Source: Octopus vulgaris (lineage: Eukaryota). From it: DNA of 64,000 nt. This document shows positions 1-13,686 of the stretch, one piece after another (the stretch's first letter is position 1; each line of letters begins with the position of its first letter). Location of the stretch: the NCBI GenBank assembly GCA_951406725.2, contig OX597822.1:38502001-38566000 (forward strand), given 5' to 3'. The translations under genes were made by a program, and so were the position numbers. Under the pieces are notes generated by a model. That model was not told the origin of the DNA, searched no databases, and was given only the letters and a program-made list of their open reading frames with translations.

Positions 1-169
1 ACTGTTTGCCAGAACTCAATAATAACAACAACAGCAATTATTTTCTAATTAAGGCACAAGGACAGCAATTTTGAGGTGGGGGTAGAGGTGTGTGTGTGCT
101 TAGTTGAGTGCCCCCCTTCCCACCTCCTGTAGTACTTGACTGGTATTTTTCAATCTCAGAAGAATGAAA

Positions 170-345
170 GGAACTCTGGCACAACACCCCAAACTACTGC
201 CTAAAGAGACTAAAAGATATTGGGATTGAGACTTGAACTGCCAAATCTTGTATTCTGTAGGAATCTTAAAGATTCTTGAGATTTGAGGAAACTTGTTACC
301 AAATCTTAAGATAAAATCCCTGCTGACTAATATGGCAGATAATAA
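170..345 (+). mobile_element. Decayed 3' end of a restriction-endonuclease-type LINE (R4/Dong-like)
   Basis: Frameshifted remnant reading LGTTPKLLPK..LKDIGIET, then a short UTR and a (TAA)n tail. Confidence 0.4.
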
Positions 346-399
346 TAATAATAATAATAATTATAATAATAATAATAATCATCATCATCATCATCATCA

Positions 400-1009
400 T
401 CCTTTCTACTAATGGCACAAGGCCCGAAATTTGTGGGGAGGGGACTAATCGATTGCATCAACTCCAGTGTTTCATTGGTATTTAATTTATTGATCCTGAA
501 AAGATGAAAGGCAAAGTCGACTTCGGTAGAATTTGAACTCAGAACATGAAGACAGTTGTGCTAATGATTCTGCCAGTTCACTGCCTTGATATAGAAATAA
601 TTATTTCTACTCTAGGCACAAGGCCGGGAAAAGATTTTGGGAAGGGGGGCTAAGTCAATTATATCGACCCCAGTGCATAACTGGTACTTATTTCATTGAC
701 CCCGTAAGGATGAAAGGCAAAGTCGACTCTGGAGGAATTTGAACTCAGAACGTAGTGATGGGTGAAATTCCGCTAAGCATTCTGCCTGGTGTGCTAATGA
801 TCCTGTCATCTCACTGCCTTAATAATAATAATAGCAATAATTCTTTCTATTATAGTCAAATACATCAACTGGTTCTTATTTTATTGAGCCCCACCCCAAA
901 AGGAATGACAGGCAGAATTTGAACTCAGAATGTAAAGAGCTAGATGAAATGCCGCTAAGCATTTTGTCTGACATACTAACAATTCTGCCAGCTTGCTGCC
1001 TTCATAATA

Positions 1010-1063
<54 letters not shown>

Positions 1064-2163
1064 GTTTCAAATTTGGGACAAGGCCAGAAATTTGCTCAGC
1101 TGGACGAAATACTGCCAGGCATTTTGCTTGGCATGCTAATGATTCAGTCAGCATGCTGCCTTAATAATAATAATAATCCTTTCTGCTATAGGCACAAGGC
1201 CTGAAATTTTGAAGGAAGGAACTAGTCGCAAAGTCAACATCAGCAGAATTTGAAATCAGAACGTAGCAGCAGACGAAACAACGTTAAGCACTTTGCTCAG
1301 TGTGCTAACGATTCTGCCAGCTCGACACCTTAATAATCATCATTGTCATCATCATCATTTAATGTCCGCTTTTCATACTAGCATGGGTTGGACGATTTTG
1401 ATTGCGGGCTGGTGAACCAGATGGCTGCACCAGGCTCCAATCTTGATCTGGCAATGTTTCTACAGCTGGATGCCCTTCCTAACGCCAACCACTCCGAGAG
1501 TGTAGTGGGTGCTTTTTATGTCACCGGCACGGGGCTAGTCGGGCGGTGCTGGCAACACCTCGCTTGAATCTTTTTACACATAATAATAATCCTTTCCACT
1601 ATAGGCAAAAGGCCTGAAATTTGGTGGGAGGGGGCTAATTGATAAGATCGACCCAAGTACGCAACTGGTACTTAATTTATTGGCCCCAAAAGGAAGAAAG
1701 GCAAAGTCGACTTCGGCGGAATTTGAACTCAAAACATAGCGGTCTCTAACATGACCACAAAGCCACAACACATATGAGGGAAAGAAGAAAAATGCAGTAC
1801 TTGACTGTTACTTTATTGAAATTTAATCAAAGTGAAAAGTAAAGGTGATCACAAATGGATTTGAACTAATTAAACATCACAAGGCTTTTTTTTTTGTCTG
1901 GTGTTTTAGCAATTCCATTAACAATGGCCCGATATTTTTGGGGAGGAGCCAGTCGATTAGATTGACCCCAGTATGCAACTGGTACTTAATTTATCGACCC
2001 CGAAAGGATGAAAGGCAATGTCGACCTCAGTGGAATTCGAACTCAGAACGTAAAGACATGAAATACTGCTAAGCATTTTGCCCATCGTGCTAGTATTTCT
2101 GCCAGCTTGCTGCCTTTAATGGTCTCTAATATTGGTACCAAAACCATACATTTTTGTATCAAG

Positions 2164-2194
<31 letters not shown>

Positions 2195-2420
2195 CCAAAG
2201 CTTTGAGGGAATTTCACTGGTACTTAATTTATCAACCCCAAAAGGATGAAAGGCAAAGACGACTTCAGTGGAATTTGAACTCAGAACATAGTGACGGGCG
2301 AAATACTGCTAAGCATTTCGTCCAGTGTGCTAACAACTCTGCCAGCTCACTGCCTTAATAATAATAATAATAATAATAATAATGGTTTCAAATTTTGGCA
2401 CAGGGCCAGCAGTTTTTAAG
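400..2420 (-). mobile_element. Cluster of about 8 co-oriented full and partial copies of tRNA-derived SINE family A, separated by (TAA)n
   Basis: Repeated ggcacaaggcc...ctggtacttaatttatcgaccccgaaaggatgaaaggcaaagtcgac...gaatttgaactcagaacg...ctgccagctc..gcctt. On the minus strand there is an A box (TGGCAGAATCGTTAG), a B box (GAGTTCAAATTCC) and a GCCTTTCATCCTTTCGGGGTCGATAAA core resembling the Nin/Deu SINE domain. Confidence 0.85.
1345..1570 (-). mobile_element. RTE-tail-derived repeat (family C)
   Basis: catcatcat..tttcatactagcatgggttggac...ctacagctggatgcccttcctaacgccaaccac. The same family recurs near 11400, 13300, 16150, 20640, 30070, 42720, 50170, 52680 and 55260. Confidence 0.75.
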
Positions 2421-2810
2421 GGGAGAGGAAAGTCAATTATACCATGCACCCACCGAACTTGATTGGAACTTTTTTATCTGGTTTGAAACATTAAGTTACA
2501 CATTATCTCTCGCTCTCTCTCTCTCTCTCTATCTATATATATATATACACACACATACATACACAGAAGCACACTCACATGGAAGAGAAAGAGAAAGTGT
2601 ATGTGAATGTAGGGGGTACATTCAACAGTTTTCTAAGTATACACACTAAAGTGATATACTTTGACTAGTTTCAGTTTCTGGACTGTGGCCATGCTGGGGC
2701 ACTGTCTTCATGGGTTTAGTCAATTATGTTGACCCTAGTCCTCATTTTACCAAAATCCACTGACAGAATGGCTGACACATAACTATAAAGTCAAAGCAAA
2801 GGGTTATTGA

Positions 2811-3143
2811 CTGAGTACCCTAGTCACTAAGTAAGTACCCTAGATTTTGAGTAAATACCCTAGTCACTGAGTAAGTATCTTAGTTGCTGAGCAAGTACCC
2901 TAGTCACTGAGTACATAACCTAGCTGCTGAGCAAGTACCCTAGTCACTGAGTAAGTTTCCTAGTTGCTGAGCAAGTACCATAGTCACTGAGTATGTACCC
3001 TAGCCACTGAGTAAATGCCCTAGCAGCTGAGTAAGTACCCTAGTCGCCGAGTAAGTACCCTAGTCGCCGAGTAAGTACCCTAGTTGCTGAGTAAGTACCC
3101 TAGTCGCTGAGTAAGTACCATAGTCGCTGAGTAAGTACCCTAG
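2811..3143. repeat. 20-bp minisatellite (GAGTAAGTACCCTAGTCRCT), about 16 copies
   Basis: Contiguous 20-bp periodicity with no unique spacers. Confidence 0.95.
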
Positions 3144-3501
3144 AATGAATATCCTACATGTACTCAGGTAGAATCATTATAACATTCTTGTGAGAAGAAC
3201 GGACCTTTGAATTAGAAGAACAGGCCGATCTGATGGGCTTCCATGCAGTTTCTATCTGCCAAAGTTCAATCTTGGGTCAATGCTTAGTTCAATCCAAAGC
3301 TAGGGTAAAAGACACTTGCCCGACCAAGGGGCCATGTATTAGAATCAAATCTAAGATGGCATCATTGCAAAGTGAACCTCTTAACCATCTGGACATGTTT
3401 GTCTCCAAAGTTGTATACACATAGACAGTATGCATGTGTGTATGTATGTGTATGCATGTCTGTATACACATAGATATATGCATATACATATGTACATATA
3501 C

Positions 3502-3532
<31 letters not shown>

Positions 3533-4446
3533 CATATAGAAATACATACACACATATTTATACACTTATATAGATATATGCATATATGTACATATACATA
3601 TATATGGATGTACAAACACGCGTGTTAAAATGGGAGTGCACTCAATACATGGTGTAGAGTTCATATTTATTCAGAATCAATTGATTCACTCCATTGTTAC
3701 TTAGAGTATCACACACTGAAAGCACATAACACATCAAACTCAGAGCAGTACCAACAACTGATTCCTGACATGACATCATCATCGCCATTTTTACATCCGC
3801 TGGGTACACACACATACACACATGTGAAAACTCTTGAATCAAAAGATCAATGAAACAATAATCTTAAGTGGACTCAATACAAGGTATACAAGTAACTGTC
3901 AAGTAAATAATTACATTTAACAGATTCATTCGTTTTTATACAAAGACACTGAAAAATCAGTTATAGGGGTCAATAGAATCTAGGCACATCAACCTGTAGG
4001 ACACTAGAAATGGCTAGGTTCAATAACATAGGGTTCAGAATGAGGTAAAACAATCATGGTGGTATCAAGTGTTGGTAGGATACTGTGGATATGTAAGTAT
4101 CAAATCCAACTGAAACCACAGATCTGACTCAGGGCTGGTTCTAGGTGTTGCATAGGTATGAAGAAAGAACACAAATGGGGTTTAAAATCTATGTAAATTT
4201 TAAATCCCATTAGTGTTCTTTTATATTATACCATATATACATACATACACACACGCACATATAGTATGGAGAGTTAGGTGTAAAATAATAATGATGCACA
4301 CATATACACACTCACATACAGACATGAATATATGAGAATGGGTGGGGCGAATAATTTAGGATACAGTCATGGTCCACGCTCAATCCAAATTCTAAAAGTC
4401 TACTCAAGCCAAAACCAGCTTATGGTCAAATCCAATAGTTTAGATC

Positions 4447-4599
4447 AGGCATGGGCAATCATTTTATGAGAAACAAGCCACATGAAATATGGTTGACCAC
4501 CGGGCAAGCTGCAGGGCTAAAAAATTTTAATACATAAATAACCATAAAGTTAGGTATGCCATTCAGCAAGTCCCATGGGCTGCTATTTACTCATGACTG
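4447..4599. mobile_element. Decayed hAT-like MITE
   Basis: Ends caggcatgggcaa ... tactcatgactg form an imperfect TIR. Confidence 0.45.
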
Positions 4600-6098
4600 G
4601 TATAGATTGTAGTGAAAGTAGCTGACCACACCATTTGTAGATGTTGTTTCCCAGCTGGTCACACTCACTGGAGAATACATAATAGACAAGACTATTTGTT
4701 ACTGATCAAGCCAACATGCTGACCGGCTTGTAGGCATAAAATGTCCACAGTTACTGGATACATTTTGCTGAGAACACAAAGCTGGTTTAGTCATTCTGCT
4801 CTTGGTCAGGCTTACAACCAAGCTTGACTAAACACCAACCATAGCACATGACTATTTATTTAATATTGTTGGGGTAGTGATGAAACAATAGACTGAACAA
4901 TAAACAAGCTAGTTCTTTCTCTCCTGGTCAAGCAGAACAGACTGACCAGCTTTCATATAGAATAGACTGACACCAATTTGTTATTGGTCAAAGCCAACAC
5001 ACTGACTCAGCCAGAACACATGACCATTTGTCAGTGGTCAAGCCAGCATTGTAACCAATTTCTAGTTAGAATACAGAGCATCCAGGACCATCTTGTAGCA
5101 GATGCTGCTGCCACTGTTAACTATTCTGGCAGCCATATTGTATCCAAAAGTCTTTTACAATTTCCACCATTGCAACGACAATCGAAAAGAAAAGCCCCAG
5201 GACCTCCACCACTACATAAATGTGACTACTACCATCACCACCACCACCACCAGCATCATTATCGTCACCTTAACCATTTGCATATCCTAGTGACATTTTG
5301 GAGACCAAACCAGAAATTCAAAGAATTCTAGATGAGACACTCCAAATCCGAGAATATATTTAAAACAAAATATGTGTGTGTTGTGTGCGTGCACACACGT
5401 GTTCATATGTAATGTGTTAGTAATACATAGATGGATGTAGAGTTAGATAGATAGAGAGAGAGGATAGCTAGATTGAGCATAATAGACAGACAGAGGGTGA
5501 AATGCACAGATACGCACACATACGTTCACACATGTACACATAAATATATACATATATGCATACATACATACATACATACACACATACATACAAATATATA
5601 CACATTCACCAAGTACAGAAGAATAATGCAATATCATGATGTGAGAGCTGTAATGGATGTGTGTGTGCGTGCACACGCGCATGTGTGTATGTAGCAAGAG
5701 ATAGAGGGAGCCGGCTGAAGAGTAGCTTGTAGTGGTGGTGGCAGTGGTGGTGCCACGACAGACAGATAGATAAATAAGAGAGAGAGAGAGAGAGAAAAAG
5801 AGAGGAGACATTGAGAGAGAGAGACAGACAGAGGTATATAAAGAGAACAGTGTGGGGCTATTTCTACATCTTGTATGTATGTACAAGAGCATGCCAGTCC
5901 AAATGTGGCATGTATGAATGGCGTATAACAGAGTCTGTGTGCCATATGTAAATGTGTAATTGTGCATATGAATGCGAGTCTATCTACAAGTGTATTTAAT
6001 ACATTTGAGTGTGTGTGTGTGTCTGCTTAATGGTGTGTTGATCAACTTATATATATATATGTTTGTATGTACTAATGCATGTAATTATGTGTAGACTG

Positions 6099-6129
<31 letters not shown>

Positions 6130-7969
6130 AGATATTCATGAACACATGCATAATTATATATGCATGTATGTCGACATGTATGTTAATGCACGTTAAGCAG
6201 CACATGCGTGTGTATGCATGCATGCAGGCAAGCATACATGCATACGTGTACATGGAGAGAGAAGCAAGATGACAGGCAGCATGAAAGGGTGTATATGTTC
6301 AATATATATATATATAGAGAGAGCCATATTTATATATGTATATACATGTATATCTCATCATGATGTGTATGTAGAGTATGTGAGTGAGTGTATATGAATA
6401 TGTGTGTGTGTGTGTGAAAGAGAAAGAGAAGGCGAGGAAGAACATAGTGTGTAGATAGACAATTGTACAGAAGCTGGTGTATAGAAGCAGTAACAGTGCC
6501 TGCTACTAAGAGTGAAAGAACTTGTTCAAGACAATATCCATACATACCTTCTTTTGGCAACATGTCAGGAGAAATGCCATTGTAAGCCATTGCAAAGGGT
6601 GTCACAAGTGGGGCTGCAGTAATGGAGCTAGTAGTCAAGATGGTGGTATTGGATGTTGTTTTAGTGGTGCTAAGGTAGCGTTGACAGTGTCACCGTATAT
6701 GTAGTACTAATGTCATTAGAGGTACGGTAGATATTACAGTACAGTCAGTAGTAGTGTAGTGGTGAGTGGTTGTTGTAGTATCAATACAGTGTTAACAGTA
6801 GTGTGGTTATTGTTACAGCGCAGTCTACAGTATTGTAGAGGTGGTAGCAACAACACATATCATACATCCAGTTTGGCGGTAGTTCTTTCTACATATGTAT
6901 CTTTGCATACATATGTACATACATACATATATTTATATATAAATACATATAGATATATATATATATATATATATGTGTGAGTGTGTGGTATGGATTATAT
7001 ATATGTGTGTGTCTGTGTGTGTGGTGTTATGTGGATAAAAAGCGAGTGAATGTCGGATAATCGTTTTTTTTTTCTTAATTACAAATCTTTCAAGTGTTTG
7101 TTTCGTGTTTAAATTTTGTATGTGTGTATGTATGTATGTATGTGTGTGTGTGTGTTTTTTTGGTGTGCGGGGTGTGTTACCCCCACCTAATGTGTTGAGA
7201 AAACGCAGCAGCAAAGAGCTTGACCACCAGTTCTTATGGTGTGTGTGTGACAGTGCAGTTTCAATCCTCTCTCTCTCTCTTCCTCTTCCTCTTTCTCTCT
7301 CCCTCCCTCTCTTGCAATCTCTCTCTCTCTTTCTGTTGCCGCTGCTGCTCATGCACTGGTGTCCTTATTGCCAGTTGCAGCAGCAGCAGTTGAACGTGTA
7401 AATGCACACACATACACAGACGTACAGACACACAAAGAGAGAACACACATACAAACAGTGTGAAAGGTTGGTGGTGGCCCTGGTGGGAGGCGGAGGAAAG
7501 TTGGATGATAGAACAACTGTAGCAGCAGCAGCAGCAGCAACAGCAGTAGCGGCAGAAACGGTGATGGCGATGGTTGCCGAAGATGATGGTGGCGGTGATG
7601 CTAGCAGAGATGGGCGATGGTGATGGCGGTGCCGGTGATGATAAGGATGATAAGAATGACAGTCAACTCCGATCTAACAATGGATGCAAGAGGCTGCAGT
7701 GGTCATAATGTGTATGTGCATGTGCGTGCAAGTGTGCACGCATGTGTATGTATGTATGTATGCATGCGTGTGTGTGTGTGTGTATTGTTACACTGAAGTA
7801 TCAATATGGTTCCTCCACATTTATTACTTAAGCCGTGTAGTAGCTGTTGTTGGTTGTTGCTGATGTTGTAGTATGCATAGTATTAGGGTATGTGTAAGTA
7901 TACCACCAGCCTTGGTGATGGTGTTGCTGCTGTTGTAGTATGTAGTATCAGCCTTGGGCCGGCTTGGCT

Positions 7970-8027
<58 letters not shown>

Positions 8028-8091
8028 AGGATGATGAGAGGGAATGAATAAGTGAATGGAGGATTTATCACTGCCTGCTCTTCTTCTACTA

Positions 8092-8144
<53 letters not shown>

Positions 8145-8152
8145 GCTGCTGC
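7970..8152. repeat. (CTA)n/(CTG)n trinucleotide microsatellites
   Basis: Two compound tracts directly visible. Confidence 0.9.
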
Positions 8153-8199
8153 TACATTATAGTAGTTGCAATGAGATTCAAGAGTATAGTGAACAGACT

Positions 8200-8510
8200 A
8201 GGGAATGAGGAGGGAGGAGAAGGAAGAGACCCTAACAGTAAGGTGGTGTTGGAGGTGGTGGTCGTGGGTGGTGGTGGTGATGGTAGTAGTTGTAGAATAA
8301 TCTGTGGATGCTTGCAGAGAAAGTATTAATGGAGAGAGAAAGAGAGAGGGAGCTGAGAGACAGTGAAGAAGGAGAAGGGGTGAGAGAGATAGAGAGAGAG
8401 GTGTTGTAGATGACAGGTAGTGGAGTTACATGTGTAAAAAGAGAGAGAAGAGAGAGGGTGAGAAGAGAGAGGGTGATGATGTAGTCAGGTGAGACAGAGA
8501 ATGTGTATGT

Positions 8511-8541
<31 letters not shown>

Positions 8542-9002
8542 TAGTGTGTGTTTGTGTAAAGGAGAAAGAGAGATTGAGTGAGTGCTGTGGGTATGAGTAT
8601 GACAAAAGAGAGTGTGAGTGAGACAGGGTTAATGCTGTATTTGTGGGCAGAAGTGGAAATATGTGTGAGTAGGGGGGAAAGAAGAGATAGGAAGGAGAGA
8701 GAAGGGAGGTCTCGAAATAATATGGAGAGAGGGGAGTTGAAAGCGAGGAAGTGATAGATAGACAGACAGAAAGAGAGAAAGCCAAGATAAAGGAATAGAG
8801 ATAGAAAGGGTAGAAATGAGAGTAAGAGGATAGCAGGGAAGGAGAGATAGAGAGAGAGGGAGATAGAGAAAATGTATAGAACTTAAAAAGAGAGGAGTAG
8901 TGAGAAGGAAAGAAAGAGAAGTATTAGAGGTGGAAAAATGGGGTGAGAATATGAAATAAGGGTGGGAAGTGAGAGAGAGACAGAAACAGAAAGAGAGAGA
9001 CT
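8200..9002. repeat. Long purine-rich (GA) low-complexity tract
   Basis: Strong G/A skew on the plus strand. Similar tracts at 9530-10060 and 56230-56800. Confidence 0.85.
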
Positions 9003-9529
9003 CATCACTACTTCTTCTTCCTGAGTTACAAGGTGAAGTAAAATGTAGGGGAACCTTTAATAACATCTTGTGGGCAGTCCTGCTTCAGTAGCAGAGGAAG
9101 CCCCTGTATTATAGGGCTGGTAGCCATGAATTAACATCTGTAGTAACTCTGTACTACTACAATTATGGTAGCCCTCTGTTACAGCAGAAATAAACCCGAT
9201 TCAGGTCGTGGCAACCCAGTGTTATGATTATGGTGGTGGCCCCCATGTTATAACTGGTATCCCTACTCCCCCCCCTCCATTCTTCGCCTGGCCACCCATT
9301 TTAAAAATTTAGTGAGGGCAGAGGGAATGGGAGAGTGGTGGTGGGTTAAAAAAAAGCAATGGTGGGGAATAGTTGGGGGGGACACAAGTTGTAAGGAAGA
9401 TGGGAAAGGTGGTGGTAGTGGTGGTGGAGATAGATAGATAGATAGATAGATAGAGAGAGAGAATATGTGGTAGTAGTAGGAGTAGATTTTTCCCCTAGTT
9501 TCAGCAAGAGGTCATGTGACATTATTGAC

Positions 9530-9581
<52 letters not shown>

Positions 9582-10684
9582 GTAAGCAGTCCAACTGCAG
9601 CCTCTGCTGCTGTTGTCGCAGCAGCATCAGCAGTAGTGGTAGTAGTCATATCAGTGATGGTGGTAAAGGTGACATACTTGCTCAAGATAACAGAACTGTC
9701 AGGATAATATAGAAAACATGAAGGGAGCTGAGCAGGGTGGAAGGGGTGGGAAGGTGGTACGTGAAAGCTGACGGAAATTAATGAGGCTTGAGTGGAATAA
9801 ATGGGATGGATGCAGGTGGGGGTGGGGGTATGAACAGATAGTGGAGAGTAAGGAGAGAGGGGAAAAAGAGAGAGAGTGAGATACAGAGGAATGGAGACAG
9901 AGAAAGAAAGAGGGGGAAGAGTGAGTGAAAGTAGATATAAAGAGATGAATGAATGAGAGAGAGAGGGAGAGAGAGAGAGAGAGAGAGAAGGAAGTATATG
10001 AAAGGAAGGTGGTATGAAGAGTTTCCATGGTAAGAATGGTGAGGGTGGGATGGGGGTGGAACATATGATTTAAGGACTGACGAAAACTTTATTGTTAATA
10101 TGGGTAGAAATATCTCCAGGGATACAGAGTGGGGTATCTGTATGCACCATATTTCAACATATATAACGAACCCTTTTTTGTCAAAAATTAGGTTAAAAAA
10201 ATATGGGGAGTTTCTTATACGTGGATAGTATTATAATCCCTTATAAGACCTTTTTTTCCAAATGTTAAGCCCTAAAAATTTGCAATACTTGTTTCAATTG
10301 ATTATTTTATTGATCTCTGTAGAATAGCTAAGTTTAATTTGGGATGTAAAGGGATGCCTGTAGGTGCTGCAGTTTATATATGTGTGTGTGTGTATATATA
10401 TATATCGAACCGTCCAACCCATGCTAGCATGGAAAACGGACGTTAAACGATGATGATGATGACGATACACACACACACACATATATAAACATATATACAC
10501 AAACAGACCCAAACACATATATACAATCTTCACAAAATTCCACTTGCAACATACAATATGGCCTTTCTGTTGTCCATTCTCATCTGCTTCCAAGTAAGGT
10601 AATATTTCCCCATGGCCAGATATGTTTTTCCTCAGAATACAGGAAACAAACAACAACACCAGTATGACAGTGATGTTCACTTAA

Positions 10685-10907
10685 CCCATATAAGCCCATG
10701 ATAAAAATTAAGTCTTAACATTCTACTGTTTTTAGATTAAACATTATGGTAAGCTTTCATAATCTGGAAGACAAGGACAGTACGCAACTGTTAGCTATGA
10801 GTGTCGACTACCTACGAAACATTTTGTATGCTTCCCGTCGAGTTTATGTTCAAACAAGTAGGGGCAGGTTTTGCATTGCGAAAACGCAACCAGGGATATA
10901 TACGGGG
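10685..10907. mobile_element. piggyBac-like MITE
   Basis: ttaa|cccatataagccc ... gggatatatacggg|gtaa: CCC-initiated TIR with a TTAA-like flank. Confidence 0.5.
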
Positions 10908-11673
10908 TAAAACCATCATGTGATGTCAAAACAAGAGTAACACACACACATACATGATGAGCTTCTTTCAGTTTTCATCAACTAAATCCACCCATGAGGT
11001 TTTGTTCATGTTCAGCCTGAAGCTATAATAGAAGACATTTGTGAAAGGTACTATGAAGTGGGACTGAACCTGAGACCAAATAGTTGGTAAGTAAGATCAA
11101 CCACACATTGCACCAGCATTGCAATGTCCACATTTCCATGCTTGCATTGACCAAATAAAATTTTATTGAAGGACATTTTCTAATTTTCTGCAGCTGGATG
11201 CTCTTTTGGTTGCCAAACTTCATCGCTTTTCAAGAAAGGTAATATTACCCCAAAGTCCTCCAAACAATGAACAGCTGGACATGTTTTTAAGACAAACTGT
11301 AAGCAATGACACCATTTGCATACTGTGTAAAAACATGCAAACAATATCAAGAGAGAAACACATCATCATCATCATCATTGTAGTCATCAACTAATGGTTG
11401 CTTGTCATGGGTTGGATAGTTTGACAGGAGCTGGTGAGCCAGAGGACTGCATCAAGATTTATTGTCTGATTTGATGTGGTTTTCTTTATGATTGGATGCC
11501 CTTCCTAATGTCAACCACTTTACAGAGTGTTCTGGGCACTTTTCATGTGACACCAGCATCATCGAGGTCACCAAGTAACTTGAAAGACAGGACCCCACTC
11601 AACTGAGGAGAGTAGTATGAGTGATGAGGGGGTTGGAGTTTGAACAGAAAGACAGAAGTAGGTGTCTTGCAGT

Positions 11674-11917
11674 CATGGCTGTGGAGTCGGAGTTGGAAAC
11701 TATTAACAGGTAGCTGGAGTCAGAGTCAGTAAAACTATATCGACTCTGACTCCGACTCATAATGCCCTTATTCCTTAATATAAACCAGTTATAACATATA
11801 GGCCTACTCAAAGTACAAGCATATGCATATATTTTATGAGATATGTAGACCACAATCAATGAATTACATAAAGATGAGTCAGAGTCAAAGTTTTTTTGTT
11901 TTGACTCCACAACCCTG
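11674..11917. mobile_element. hAT-type MITE with (GGAGTC)n subterminal repeats and perfect 8-bp TSD
   Basis: TIRs catggctgtggagtc / gactccacaaccctg. TSD CTTGCAGT at 11666-11673 and 11918-11925. An inverted sister copy lies at 13865-13994. Confidence 0.85.
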
Positions 11918-12476
11918 CTTGCAGTAAAAGGAGATATATGACCACCCCAGTTGGAAAAAAGAGAGAGGAGAGAAAGTAAGACGATGGTGCAGAAGATGTG
12001 TTGAGCCAGACCCTCAAGCAACAGGGAAGTGTAACATGCAAATTTTGCTGACATCAACTTTGTCTTTCATCCTTTTGAGATTGATAAAGAAAATACCAAC
12101 CCAACACAACCCAACCCAAGGCACTGGAGTTGGGTGACCTGAAAGAATGTCAACTTTGTGGTATTAAACCTGGTTCTTTGTCCTCTCTGAGTTGTAGACT
12201 TAATCCCTCAGTTGGTTTAACTCCACCAGAAGCAGCACTGCCAGCACCATCCTGCACCTTCAAGGTCTTTAGGAAAGTCTACTCTGTTGCATTCATTTGG
12301 ACCATGTCTCTGGTTAGAGGACACCCCACCCCACCCCAGCATGGCTGTAGTTAAGAAGTTCACTTCCCAACCACATGGTTTTGGGTTTGGTTCCATTGTG
12401 AATAATTGAAAGAAGCCTGTTGTGTGTATGTATGTGTGTGTATGTATGCGTTTGTGTGTGTATAGGAGAGTTTGTT

Positions 12477-12833
12477 CTTTGTTCATAAATTATTTAGATC
12501 ATCTTCCAAGTATTTCATTAATAATAAAGAAAATATCCATTACATAAGCAGATTATATTATCAAATCTTCAGAGACTGTAACTCCCATGAGTAATTTTTA
12601 ATATTTATGTTGGACTCTAGACAGTGTTATGAAATCAATAACCATAACTACAGTCATTATGTCATTGCTATCAAAACTGTCTGGAGTCAACTATAAACAA
12701 TAAAACTTACTACAGTTATGCAATCTCTGAAGATTTGATATAATTTGCTTATAAAGCTTTCTTTATATCATAGATCTTTTCACTATTAATGAAACTTGTG
12801 ACAGATGATGTTGCTAAATAATTTATGGACAAA
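12477..12833. mobile_element. Decayed palindromic (foldback) MITE
   Basis: tttgttcataaattatttag...atcaaatcttcagaga pairs with tctctgaagatttgat...ctaaataatttatggacaaa. Confidence 0.7.
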
Positions 12834-13650
12834 ACTGTTTAGTTTTTTTTCTATATGTACTCTGTGATCTTCAAACTATAGAAAGCATTCAAAGAAAACT
12901 TGAACAGTAATACAAGTTCTCTTTGGATGTTTAAGAATGCACATGCAGTTCTAAATACTGGTTCTTTGTCATGTAATTTAAATCAAACTGTATAAACATA
13001 TTGACATACATACATACACACACACACATGTTATGTGTGCATTTGGGAGAGTGAGTTTGTGTGCATGTACATTTGTGCTTCTCCAAAAATGGCTCAGCCA
13101 CATGTGGTGCTGTTCTTGTCTTTCCTATGTCAGTGGATCATCCACAAGCTTTGAGCCTTTGCAGTCATGTGGAATAATATATTCTTTACTTGTCAAAATA
13201 AATAAGGATTAGTGGCAGGAAGGACATCTGGCTGTAAAACAATGTATCAGTCACATATCTGTCTAATCCATGCTAGGTTGTGAAAATTATATTATATATC
13301 ATCATCATCATTTAACATTCGTTTTCCATGCTGGTATGGGTTGGATGGTTTGACTGGGGACTGGCAAGCCAGTAGGCCACGCCAAGCTCCAGTCTGATCT
13401 GGCAAGGTTTCTACAGCTGGGTGCTTTTTACATGCCACCAGCATGGGAGTCAGTCAAGCGGCACTGGTATCAACCGAATTAGGATGGTGTTTTTTATGTG
13501 TTACTGGCACAGGATCGAGTCAGAGGAAGACTGGCACTGACCATGTTTGGATGGTGCTTTTTATGTGTCACCAGCACAGGCAGCCAGTCAGGTGGCACTG
13601 GCATCGACCCACATTTGAATGGTGCTTATTATGTGCCACCAGCACAGGTA

Positions 13651-13686
<36 letters not shown>

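Noticed and set aside
2811-3143. CRISPR-like array
   Set aside because: Units are contiguous 20-mers with no unique spacers, there are no cas genes, and the context is eukaryotic.
4610-5110. Possible exon or degenerate repeat (recurring ggtcaagcc/accagct)
   Set aside because: No consistent period or recognisable protein could be established by eye.
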